Assembly (NCBI GenBank): GCA_963699755.1
Contig: CAVOVB010000001.1
Span: 64,001-128,000, forward strand
Origin: an uncultured delta proteobacterium
GTDB taxonomy: Bacteria; Myxococcota_A; Polyangia; Polyangiales; Houyiibacteriaceae
Direction: 5' to 3'
DNA length: 64,000 bases
The translations under genes were made by a program, and so were the position numbers. The notes under the pieces were generated by a model. It searched no databases. It was given only the letters and a program-made list of their open reading frames with translations, and was not told the DNA's origin. The first letter of the stretch is position 1, and each line of letters opens with the position of its first letter. Shown in pieces: positions 1 through 8,723 of the stretch.

Positions 1-1
1 T

Positions 2-1243
2 GTACGGACCCACATCCATCACCGGGCTCGCGTGGTCACCCGGCGGCATCTCCCGATGAATCGCTCCGGGCAAGCGCGTGCTCTCGCTCGGCACGAGGCC
101 GTCGTTGGGCAGGTCCAAGACCCCGTCCATGTACAGGTTCGTCATGTCGGCGAGCCCTAGAGTCGCCACCGCATCACCGAGAGCGCTCGAGGTTTTCTCA
201 CGCACGACCCGGATGGCGGCGCTCGTAGACGCGGCAAGCACACGCGGGATGTCGCGGGGCGTGTCGCTGTAGTTGCGCACGACAATCCGACTGATTTCGG
301 ACACCATGCCTGCGTTGAAGATGCCGCTTGCGAACGCTGCGGCAAAACCGGTCACCGTGCCATTGGCTTGGTAGGTCGAGTACGCCGAGATGACGGGGAT
401 GCTGGCGGTCAGGGCCGCGATCCGCTCCGCGTTCGCTTGCATGTAGGGCGCGCGCGTCTCGGTTTCCAAATCGCGCGCTGATTGTCCGTTCCCGCCAAGA
501 ACCTCGAGCAAGAAGTCGTTGGCGACGGCAAACCTCGGGTCGGCTGCCGGCGAGCCGTGAAAGGGAGCCTGGAGGGCAACCCAGCCGATGACGGTTTCTC
601 CCCAGAGCTCCGGCGCAGCGATGAGCGCATGGAGTGTGTCGAGGCCGCCCTTGCTGTGCGAGACGATGATGACCTTCTCGTTCGTCGTGCGCAGAACCTT
701 CAAAATCGCGGCGGCGTTGTGCTCGACGCTTTCAGAGGTATCAAAGGCCTCCGAGACGAGCGAGACATTTCGATAGTCGACCCCGCGGGCCTCGAAGTCG
801 CGCATCTGTGTGTAGAAAGAGATGAAGCCGCCGGGCTGTATTGGAAGGTCGACCCGGGGAAGGGCGTCCGCAATCGCGTCTCCAATCGGAAGGTCGATGC
901 TCTGGTCGAAGGGCAAGTCGATGTGCACGTTGAGTGCGCGCGCGGAGCTTTGGAGCGCGTCGTTGATTTCATCCTCGAGGTTGAGGCTCAGCTCTTCGTA
1001 GAGCTCGGAGAGGAAGCCGCCGATGAACAGCACTTGTTGCCCCTCTCCCAAGATGAGCGGTGCCATGGCCCCGGTGGCGCTGAGGCCGCCCATGCCGCCG
1101 GTGCCGCCCTGCCCCGCTTCGCCGCCGCTGCCTGTGGCGCCATGAGCGCAACCGACCGAGGAACGACTGCATGCGCCCATGCCCACGGTTCCGAGAATCA
1201 AAGCGAGCAAGGGCGGGAAGAGATATCGGGGTGGAGCCGCCAT
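2..1243 (-). CDS. Lipoprotein alpha/beta hydrolase (lipase-like), 3' end beyond window
   Basis: Manual translation from ATG at 1243 (MAAPPRYLF...MGAC, Gly-rich linker). Motifs IIVSHSKGG, QAPFHGSP, NDGLVP, GDH. Absent from ORF track because there is no stop in the window. Confidence 0.8.
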   Translation of the reverse strand, partial: MAAPPRYLFPPLLALILGTVGMGACSRSSVGCAHGATGSGGEAGQGGTGGMGGLSATGAMAPLILGEGQQVLFIGGFLSELYEELSLNLEDEINDALQSSARALNVHIDLPFDQSIDLPIGDAIADALPRVDLPIQPGGFISFYTQMRDFEARGVDYRNVSLVSEAFDTSESVEHNAAAILKVLRTTNEKVIIVSHSKGGLDTLHALIAAPELWGETVIGWVALQAPFHGSPAADPRFAVANDFLLEVLGGNGQSARDLETETRAPYMQANAERIAALTASIPVISAYSTYQANGTVTGFAAAFASGIFNAGMVSEISRIVVRNYSDTPRDIPRVLAASTSAAIRVVREKTSSALGDAVATLGLADMTNLYMDGVLDLPNDGLVPSESTRLPGAIHREMPPGDHASPVMDVGPY

Positions 1244-1373
1244 TCTCGTTTTCCAGGCAAGCGCGACGCGCACGGGTCCTATGCGAGCGGTCTTCTGTGG
1301 GGCGGAGCCTATGCGGGCGCCCTATTGGTTTCAAGACGAGCCAGCGAATCCTCTGCAGGGGCCGGCAACAAGC

Positions 1374-3218
1374 CTAGAGGCGATTGAGGTATCGAATTGC
1401 TTCGGCTGCGTCGGTACGGAGGCACGCGTTGGTGTTGACCTTGCGCTTGATGATGCCGCCCTCTGTGCGGATGCGCTTTCGGGCCTTGCGCAATGCTGGA
1501 ATTGCCTTCTTGTTTCCAAGGGCGCGAAGGTTTGCCACGGCCTCTTTGCGTGCGAAGCAGTCTTCACCCTGCTCGAGGTCGAGCATATACGAGCCAAAGC
1601 GGTCGACCTGGTCGCCGAGGCCGACCTCGTCGGCGACGCTCATCGCCTTGTGTCGGCGACGCGCCACCTTGGATGAGGAAGCGAGGTCGATGAGCTGGTC
1701 GGCAGCCGTCGCGTCGTCCGCCACCGAGACGAGCATCCCCAGGAGCTCGATTGCGTCGTCGACGACGCCTGGTGCATTCTTGTCGAGGATGAGCGCGACA
1801 TTGGTGCGCATGAGCTTGTCGTTGGCGAGCTTGGGTTCGAGCCTGACCGCTTTGTCGTAGGCGGCAAGCGCGAGAACGCTGTGCTGGGAGGCGGCCTGGG
1901 CATGGCCGAGCACCATTTGCGCATAGGGCTCCTCGCGAACTTCCTGCCCATGATCCATGAGGTACTTCACCGCTTCGTTCGGCCGACCTTGCGCAAGCAT
2001 GTCGGCTGCCGCTTTGGCCTCCGGGCCGTATGCCGTGGGCCCAATCGGCAGGAGCGCGCCCTTTGGAAGATAGTTTGGACCCTTGCTGCCAAACGCGAAG
2101 GCGCTCATGGAAATCGCAGCGATGACGAGAAGCGCGGCGCCAACGATCCGTTTGGCGGGCCTCTTGTGCTTCTTCTTGCCGTCGGTTCGGGCGCCTGGAG
2201 ACCTGAGCTTGCCGCGGACGCCTTCGGCAACCAGCGCCGGAATCGCGCGAAGCCCAGACTGGCTGTTGCCCTCTGCGAGCATGATTGCGTCGATGCGTTT
2301 AATGTACTCGGCCGCGCTGCCGATGCGGTCGTCCGCCTTCTTCGCGAGTCCGTGGCGAATCAAGGCTTCGACGGCGTCTGGGATCTCGAGGTCGGGCGCG
2401 GCCTCGATGAATCGCGGAACCTCCGCTGAGACGTGCATGCGCAGGAGGCTGCCAACGTCATCGGCGTCAAAGGGCGGCACGCCGGTGAGCATCTCGTACA
2501 TCATGACCGACAGCGAGTAGAGGTCTGCGCGCCCGTCGATCGCCTCCGCATAGGCCTGTTCGGGCGCGATGTACGTGGGCGTGCCGATGGTGACGCCGTG
2601 CTGGGTGAGCTTGGCGTCGGCGCCTAGCGGGCTGGTATCGTCGTCTTTGTTCGCGCCGTCGTCGTGAAGCTTGGCGATGCCGAAATCGAGGATCTTGGCA
2701 AAGTCCGGATCGCCGTCCTGCTCGACTAGAATTACGTTCTCGGGCTTGACGTCGCGATGAATGATTCCTGCACCGTGTGCGTACTCGAGCGCGCTCAGAA
2801 CGTGACGCCCGATGTGCAGCACGCGCTTCCACTCGAGCCGCTCCTCGCGCACGAGCAAGTCGAAGAGCAACACGCCGTCGAGCAACTCGAGGACCATGTA
2901 GAAGGTGCCGTCGGCAAATCTCCCGAAATCCGAGACATTGACACAATTCGGGTGGTCGACGCGCCCGATGGCGAATGCCTCCCGCTCAAAGCGCTTGGCG
3001 ACCTCGTCGATCTCGCCGACCTCGGGGTGCAGCAGCTTGAGCGCCAGGGGACGTTGAATCGACACGTGCTCGGCGAGGTAGACGCAGCCCATCCCGCCGG
3101 AGCCGAGGATCCCGGTAATGCGGTAGCGAGAATCCAGGACATCGCCGATCCGCGGTATCTGAGAATCCGAGGCAGGCGGAAGCGTGGACGCCCGCTCTCC
3201 CCCTTTTGAAGTACGCAC
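1374..3218 (-). CDS. Eukaryotic-like Ser/Thr protein kinase with TM segment and C-terminal TPR/HEAT-like region
   Basis: GSGGMG, ALK, HRDVKPEN, DFG, GTPTYIAPE, DLYSL motifs; TM IVGAALLVIAAISMSAFAF. Start codon uncertain. Confidence 0.93.
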   Translation of the reverse strand: MRTSKGGERASTLPPASDSQIPRIGDVLDSRYRITGILGSGGMGCVYLAEHVSIQRPLALKLLHPEVGEIDEVAKRFEREAFAIGRVDHPNCVNVSDFGRFADGTFYMVLELLDGVLLFDLLVREERLEWKRVLHIGRHVLSALEYAHGAGIIHRDVKPENVILVEQDGDPDFAKILDFGIAKLHDDGANKDDDTSPLGADAKLTQHGVTIGTPTYIAPEQAYAEAIDGRADLYSLSVMMYEMLTGVPPFDADDVGSLLRMHVSAEVPRFIEAAPDLEIPDAVEALIRHGLAKKADDRIGSAAEYIKRIDAIMLAEGNSQSGLRAIPALVAEGVRGKLRSPGARTDGKKKHKRPAKRIVGAALLVIAAISMSAFAFGSKGPNYLPKGALLPIGPTAYGPEAKAAADMLAQGRPNEAVKYLMDHGQEVREEPYAQMVLGHAQAASQHSVLALAAYDKAVRLEPKLANDKLMRTNVALILDKNAPGVVDDAIELLGMLVSVADDATAADQLIDLASSSKVARRRHKAMSVADEVGLGDQVDRFGSYMLDLEQGEDCFARKEAVANLRALGNKKAIPALRKARKRIRTEGGIIKRKVNTNACLRTDAAEAIRYLNRL

Positions 3219-3349
3219 CGCTACAGTATTGCCAAAAAATCAGGGTATTGCCTGCATCACTGTGCCCAAAGCCAATCGGCGCGCAAGGATGCGGAAAGAC
3301 TCGGATCCGCCTGGTTGCTCGGATCGCAACATGCGAGATAGGTCACAAG

Positions 3350-3985
3350 ATGAAGCGCTGCACGATGAGAGCCCCTTCCGCACAAGCGGTGCTGCTATGG
3401 GCGCTGCTCACGACCGGCTCGGCGTCCGAAGCGCAAAGCCCGAGGCTTGTGGATGCCCGCTATGTGGCACCGGCCGATCAGGCGCTCGTGGTCTTCTTGC
3501 GCCCGCGGCGGAGACAAGCGAGCCAGGCGACGATCCGCATCGTCAACCAGGCTGGCGCCTGCATTGCCCTGCTGGAGAATGCCTGGCAGATGGCCGCGCC
3601 GATCTGGCCGGGCAAGCAGATGCTCATGGTCGTCACCGGTACCGCGCCCCCGACCGTCCAACTCATGGAGGTCAAGCTCAGCGCAGGCAAAACCTACGTG
3701 GTCAAGCTGCGTACACGCGTGAACGCGAAGAGCCCGGTCGAAATCGACATCCTCCGTCGAGCCGACCAGGCGCTCGAGGCATTCCCTCCTGCTGTCCGTG
3801 AGCTCGCGCCGGCAAAGCCCGACTTGCGGAAATGCACCGAATGGGTTTCGTGGAAGGGCGGAAAGATCGAGTCACGAGCAGCGCAGGCCAAGGCCAAGTG
3901 GGACCAGGCGAGCGACGAGCAGCGAGAGGCGTATACCTTGCATCGCAACGACGGTTGGACGGCGGCCGAAGTGCGGGGACCCTAG
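3350..3985 (+). CDS. Exported hypothetical protein (DUF2846-like beta domain)
   Basis: Signal peptide; ALVVFLRP...LSAGKTYVV pattern. Confidence 0.6.
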   Translation: MKRCTMRAPSAQAVLLWALLTTGSASEAQSPRLVDARYVAPADQALVVFLRPRRRQASQATIRIVNQAGACIALLENAWQMAAPIWPGKQMLMVVTGTAPPTVQLMEVKLSAGKTYVVKLRTRVNAKSPVEIDILRRADQALEAFPPAVRELAPAKPDLRKCTEWVSWKGGKIESRAAQAKAKWDQASDEQREAYTLHRNDGWTAAEVRGP

Positions 3986-4196
3986 CCTCAAGCCTCTAAT
4001 ATCATGGTTGAATTCGTCACAACCGGCCCTTCGAGCAGTGTCTAACCCTTGCAGCACCCGAGGGGACTAGGCTATGGAGTCGGCGCGTTGGTCACTCACG
4101 ATCGACTCAATCGGGGATAGGGCAAGCGGGGTCAGGGTGCCGGCACGATGACGATGTCGTCCGACTGGCCCGGGACTTCACGAGAGTGACGCGAAA

Positions 4197-4850
4197 ATGG
4201 AGGAACCTGTGAAATCGAAGCAAATGATTGTGGCCTTGTTGGCCGCGCTCGTGGTCGTAAGCGGAATGCTCGGCTGCAAGAAGGATGACACCGCCGTCAA
4301 GGCGCTCCAGGAGCTGACGAACCAGCAGCTCGAAGCCGCGAAGGCGACGAACGAAGAGCTCACCAAGCTCGCCGAAGAGATTGAGATCTGCCAGGCGGAC
4401 GTCGCCAAGACCAAGGGCGAGGCCGCAATCATCAAGACCAAGGACGTCACTGTGGAGACCCCGGAGCTGGTTGGCGAGGCGAGCGTCGAGTCGCTCGAGG
4501 CACTCAAGGCGGCGCTCGCGGAGACGACGAAGAAGCAAGCCACTGCGCTGAGCGAGCTCAAGGCCGCGCAGGAAGCCTGTGCATCTGATTTGACCGCAGC
4601 CAAGGAAGCAGCCGAAGCGGCTGCAGCGGAAGCCGCGGAAGCAGCCGAAGCAGCCGAAGCGGAAGCCGAGGCTGCCGCAGCGGACGCCAAAGCGGCTGAG
4701 GAAGCTGCGAAGAAGAAGGCCGCCGCAGCCCGCGCGAAAAAGAAAGCCGCAGAGGCAAAGGCCAAAGCAGAGGCACCGCCGAAGTCAAAAGCCGTAGAGA
4801 AAGCACAAGAACAGGGCAAAGCGACCAAGGGCGTCGGCAGCCGCTACTGA
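4197..4850 (+). CDS. Lipoprotein with coiled-coil and Ala/Glu/Lys-rich tail
   Basis: Lipobox MLGC; EAAEAA and AKKKAA low-complexity region; strong GC3 codon bias. Confidence 0.8.
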   Translation: MEEPVKSKQMIVALLAALVVVSGMLGCKKDDTAVKALQELTNQQLEAAKATNEELTKLAEEIEICQADVAKTKGEAAIIKTKDVTVETPELVGEASVESLEALKAALAETTKKQATALSELKAAQEACASDLTAAKEAAEAAAAEAAEAAEAAEAEAEAAAADAKAAEEAAKKKAAAARAKKKAAEAKAKAEAPPKSKAVEKAQEQGKATKGVGSRY

Positions 4851-4879
4851 TTCGGATAGATTGAAAGAGGGAGAGACTG

Positions 4880-5449
4880 ATGAAAAGAATATTCTTGCTC
4901 ACTGCAATTGCTGCGACGCTCATATCGGCCTGTGATTCCACCGACACCACTGGTCCGACCAACTGGACAAGCGACGATCTTGCGATCGTGGGCACAGATG
5001 AATGCGGTTTCTTCACCCCGGGTGAGGAGCTGCGTGCCGTGATCACCGTCGTTGGGAGCACGGTCACGATGGTGGTGCAGTCCGTCGCCAATCCGGAGGC
5101 CGAGTTCGAGCTGACGACCGACAGCTACGATCCAATGGACAACGAGGTCCTCGTCACTGGTCTCTCGGTGAATACCGACTTCGATCCCTGCGTGGTCCAG
5201 CTCGACGACGCGATGCGCCTGACGCTCGCGGATCCCGACCTGAGCCTCGAGGAGCAGGACTCACTCGCGGTCGTCTGGAACCACGCCGAAGAAGACATCA
5301 GCAGCGCCTACGACAACGCGTGCTCTCTCGATGAGAACGGCGATCCTCTCGTAGATGAGAATGATGATCCGATCATTCTCTGGCTCAACGAGCTTCCGTG
5401 CTCGGGTCAAGCGAACCTCACGCTGACGTTGGAACAAGCCGGACAATAA
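4880..5449 (+). CDS. Acidic lipoprotein, hypothetical
   Basis: RBS GAGGGAG; lipobox ISAC. Confidence 0.8.
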   Translation: MKRIFLLTAIAATLISACDSTDTTGPTNWTSDDLAIVGTDECGFFTPGEELRAVITVVGSTVTMVVQSVANPEAEFELTTDSYDPMDNEVLVTGLSVNTDFDPCVVQLDDAMRLTLADPDLSLEEQDSLAVVWNHAEEDISSAYDNACSLDENGDPLVDENDDPIILWLNELPCSGQANLTLTLEQAGQ

Positions 5450-5461
5450 GCGTCGGCACGA

Positions 5462-6238
5462 CTAGCGCTGAAGCCGCCATTGCCCCGCGGCGGGCCCAAA
5501 GCCCGTCGCGAGGCGGCCCAGCGACTCGACCGACACCCAGGCCGTCCCTTCGATTTTATAGGGGATGGTGAACTCTGGAACCTGGCCCTTCTTGATTCGC
5601 TCGAGCTCGCCTTTGCCGAGCTGCCGAATCAGGCCGACCATTTGGACGGGGTCGAGCCCCAGGCGGACCACCATTTTCATTTGGTCGTTGGGCGGCACCG
5701 TGCGGACCCGTAAGTCGCTGAGCTTGCGTTCGCCGAGCGCGGTCGAGAGCAGGAACCCCGTGGCCGCGTTGGCGAAGTCGCGGATGTCCCGAATCTCGGG
5801 CTCGTCCGACCGGCACGCGTTTGCGTCCTGTCTGCAGTTGTTGGGGTCCTCGCAGAAGGTCAGGCATACGGCGCCTAGGTTTTGCACGTCTTGCGCCTCG
5901 GGGAAGGCGGTGAACGCGAAGAGCGTCTGCACCAGAGGCAGGGGCACCTTGCTCGCGTTTGCGAGCGCCAGCTCCACGTCGAAGGCGAAGTGGATGTCCG
6001 AGGGCTTGGGCACCGGCCCGAACGGCCGACAGATCAGCGGGCCGAGGTACTGCGCGCAGTAATAGCTCGCCAGGTCGCGACTGGAGGGCATCTCGGCCAT
6101 GCGGACCGATGCAATGCTCACTTTCGGGGGCTTTACGTTGGGAATTTTCGAGCCCGTGCCCGAAAGGCCGAGCGCGGCGCAACTCAAGAGGGGCAGCAGG
6201 AGCAGCCCGAGGAGAACGCGTGCTCTGGTTTGCTTCAT
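5462..6238 (-). CDS. Lipoprotein, LEA_2/WHy-like fold
   Basis: MKQTRARVLLGLLLLPLLSC; PPKVSIASV, FDVELALAN, IPYKIEG pattern; ATGA overlap with upstream AraC gene. Confidence 0.6.
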   Translation of the reverse strand: MKQTRARVLLGLLLLPLLSCAALGLSGTGSKIPNVKPPKVSIASVRMAEMPSSRDLASYYCAQYLGPLICRPFGPVPKPSDIHFAFDVELALANASKVPLPLVQTLFAFTAFPEAQDVQNLGAVCLTFCEDPNNCRQDANACRSDEPEIRDIRDFANAATGFLLSTALGERKLSDLRVRTVPPNDQMKMVVRLGLDPVQMVGLIRQLGKGELERIKKGQVPEFTIPYKIEGTAWVSVESLGRLATGFGPAAGQWRLQR

Positions 6239-7263
6239 GGTGCGTCCGACAGGTTCCAGCGCTTCATAGCACGTCGGAAGCTGCGGACATTCGTGTACCC
6301 GGCATGACGCATGATTTCGTCCGCTGGCTGGTTGCGCTCCACGCAGCCGACGAGAATCGACTTGCGGGTGGCGTCCATCAAGGCACGGAAACTCGTGTCG
6401 TCGTCTTGGAGGCGTCGCTGCAAGGTTCGCGGCGTCATGTGAAGCGCCGCCGCCACCGCCTCGATGTTCGATTGGCCTCGAGGGAGCAGTTGCTTCATGC
6501 GGTCGCGAACGGTGTCGATGAACGTATGCGAATCGAGGGAAGCGTGCAGCCCTGCGGCGACGCCGCGAAGCTGGCCGTGGAGGGCCTGATTTCCATGCGC
6601 GAGCGGCAGGGCCCAGGCCCGATCGTCGACGAGAATCGCCGTCTTTTGTTGACCGAACAAGACGGAGCATCCAAACGCACGCGTGTACTTCTGGATGTTG
6701 CCGCGATATGCGTGCTCGAAGTGAACCTCGCGCGCCGTGAAGCTCCCGGCGGTCGCAAAGCGCAACACCTTCATCACGATGACGGCGAGGAACTCGAGCT
6801 CGTGCACAGTCACGGGAAGCTCGTGCTCGACCTTGTTCAGCTGGAGCAGATGGTGTTCGGGGTGCTCGCCGAGTGTGAGCACGCGACCGTGCGACAACAA
6901 TTCTTGGTAACGCAGGCTCGCCTCGAGGCCCTCGCCGACGGTTTCAGCGCTGGTCAGCAGCAAAATGACCAAATGGTCCGCGCGCGCCTGCCAGAGCTCG
7001 GCGGCGCTGAGCCCGAGATGCCGGTCGCCGGTCTTTGCGAGCGCCGCCCGCCAGAACCTGCCCAGCGCATCACGCGGCGGGCGGCCCGAGGTATCCGTGA
7101 AAATGGCGAGATCGGCCCCGATCTCCTCGCAGAGCGCCTCGACATCGAGGCCCAGCGCCTCGAACGCGTTCACCACGCCACGAGCCCAGGCACCGGAGAC
7201 CCTGAGGCCGGAATGGATGTTGGCTTTTCCTGGTGAATCGATCACGGGTTGCCATCGATCCAC
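6235..7263 (-). CDS. AraC-family transcriptional regulator (Arabinose_bd_2-type N-terminal domain)
   Basis: VAAALHMTPRTLQRRLQ and AGYTNVRSFRRAMKRW helix-turn-helix motifs; start uncertain. Confidence 0.9.
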   Translation of the reverse strand: MDRWQPVIDSPGKANIHSGLRVSGAWARGVVNAFEALGLDVEALCEEIGADLAIFTDTSGRPPRDALGRFWRAALAKTGDRHLGLSAAELWQARADHLVILLLTSAETVGEGLEASLRYQELLSHGRVLTLGEHPEHHLLQLNKVEHELPVTVHELEFLAVIVMKVLRFATAGSFTAREVHFEHAYRGNIQKYTRAFGCSVLFGQQKTAILVDDRAWALPLAHGNQALHGQLRGVAAGLHASLDSHTFIDTVRDRMKQLLPRGQSNIEAVAAALHMTPRTLQRRLQDDDTSFRALMDATRKSILVGCVERNQPADEIMRHAGYTNVRSFRRAMKRWNLSDAP

Positions 7264-7309
7264 AAGGGCTGCCGAATTACAAGCCCGAGGGGTGAAGTAT
7301 TACAAATCA

Positions 7310-7346
7310 TGGCGCGATCGGTACCTGCTTTTGTCGCCGCCGATAC
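7310..7346. promoter_or_regulatory. Possible AraC-type operator (two 15-bp direct half-sites, 22-bp period)
   Basis: TGGCGCGATCGGTAC (7310-7324) and TGTCGCCGCCGATAC (7332-7346) just upstream of the AraC gene. Confidence 0.3.
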
Positions 7347-7522
7347 GCAAACCACGGTTAGCGTCCAACTTGTCATTCGGTGCGAGGCGGGCACCAGCGG
7401 CACGGAACGCGGGGCAATGGATGAGCCCACCATCCCATCCAGAGTCAGGCGAAACCGCGTTCCCGGAAGCTGGTGCCCGTCTTGGCCTCCCCACGATGGC
7501 AGAGCCCGTTGATAGAAGCCGG

Positions 7523-8152
7523 TTAGCGCTCGAGCGCGCTAGCCGGTTTCGCTTTGTCCCTCGAGAGGCCGTGAAACTGCGTCCGTTCGATCCAGTCGAG
7601 GGCCTCTATCTCGAGGGTTTGCGGCGGGGCATCGGGATCGAAGCGGTAGGCGAAGTAGCCGACGTGCGTCTGCTCTCCCGCTTCGAAGCGTGGGTGGATG
7701 CTCCTCACCTGCGTGCCGTCTTGGGTGACGCCGACGACATCGACCTCGACCCAGGTTCCGGGGCTCAGCTCTTCTTCGTTCGGCTGAAGAAGCTCGATGC
7801 CCACGATCTCGTCTTTGCAGACCGCTTCAAAGGCGAGGACGATGGGCTCGTCCTCGTCATCCCCGCCGAGCTCGAGCCGCTGGGGTCCAGGCGAGAGCTC
7901 TAGCTCGATCAAGCGATCCGTTGGCTCTTTCTCCCCTCCGGGGCCTCGATGAGAAACGAGGACGTGCTGCCGGCCTGCGAGGATTCGTTGATCCGACAGG
8001 ACCTCGACCAGATAGCCGTCCGGCTCGCTGAGCAAGACGGCAAATGAATCCCGTTCGACGAGCTCGACGCCCGATTCCAGAGAATCCTCGCAGGCCGAGA
8101 CAGCCAGCAACGCAAGGCCGGCTCCAAGAAGAAACAAAGCACCTCTAAGCAT
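7523..8152 (-). CDS. Hypothetical lipoprotein
   Basis: Lipobox VSAC; RBS AAAGG; upstream sigma54 motif. Confidence 0.7.
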   Translation of the reverse strand: MLRGALFLLGAGLALLAVSACEDSLESGVELVERDSFAVLLSEPDGYLVEVLSDQRILAGRQHVLVSHRGPGGEKEPTDRLIELELSPGPQRLELGGDDEDEPIVLAFEAVCKDEIVGIELLQPNEEELSPGTWVEVDVVGVTQDGTQVRSIHPRFEAGEQTHVGYFAYRFDPDAPPQTLEIEALDWIERTQFHGLSRDKAKPASALER

Positions 8153-8188
8153 GGCAACACCTTTCGAAGCCCGGACGAGCTCAAACGG

Positions 8189-8204
8189 TGCAACGCTCGT
8201 GCCA
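8189..8204 (-). promoter_or_regulatory. sigma54 (-24/-12) promoter
   Basis: Minus strand TGGCACGAGCGTTGCA = consensus TGGCAC-N5-TTGCA, about 35 bp upstream of ATG 8152. Confidence 0.65.
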
Positions 8205-8297
8205 ATGCTCGGTCCCTACAATATACTCCGCGTGACGATTTCGACGCGCTGCGTCTGTCGCAGGAACACCACGCAATCGTGAAGCTCAGTCACAACG

Positions 8298-8723
8298 GTG
8301 AATATGGAAAACGAGAACCCCAGCATCCTCTCTCACCTTTCGATCGGAACCAACGACTTGGCTCGGTCCATCGCGTTCTATGACGCGGTTCTACCCGCGC
8401 TAGGGTGCAAGAAGCTCTTCGAGTTGCTCGAGTTCGGCGCCGTCGCCTACGGAAAGCAGTTTCCGGAATTCTGGGTGCAGAAGCCGATCGATGGTCAGGC
8501 CGCGACGGTGGGCAATGGAACGCACTTCTGTTTTATCGCAGAGAGCAAAGAAGCCGTGCACGCCTTTCACGAAGCCGCCTTGGCGGCCGGCGCGACCGAC
8601 GATGGGCCGCCCGGGCCGCGGCCCCAATACAGCCCCGGCTACTACGGCGCCTTCGCCCGCGACCCCGATGGACACAAGATCGAAGCCGCCTACATCGATG
8701 CCTCGCTTGGCGAGCACGGATGA
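8298..8723 (+). CDS. VOC/glyoxalase family protein
   Basis: SHLSIGTNDL, HFCF, GPPGPRPQY, YYGAFARDPDGHKIE. Confidence 0.9.
   Translation: MNMENENPSILSHLSIGTNDLARSIAFYDAVLPALGCKKLFELLEFGAVAYGKQFPEFWVQKPIDGQAATVGNGTHFCFIAESKEAVHAFHEAALAAGATDDGPPGPRPQYSPGYYGAFARDPDGHKIEAAYIDASLGEHG

Noticed and set aside
4600..4780. GAAGCAGCC/GAAGCGGCT repeats
   Set aside because: They simply encode the EAA-rich low-complexity region of the lipoprotein.
8405..8719. N-terminal extensions in the ORF track for the helicase (also typA 23772-23945, SDR 47242-47673, tadA 52075-52293, Smr 26719-27015)
   Set aside because: They overlap upstream genes or promoters and are Arg/Pro-rich non-coding-like sequence. Downstream starts fit family N-termini better.
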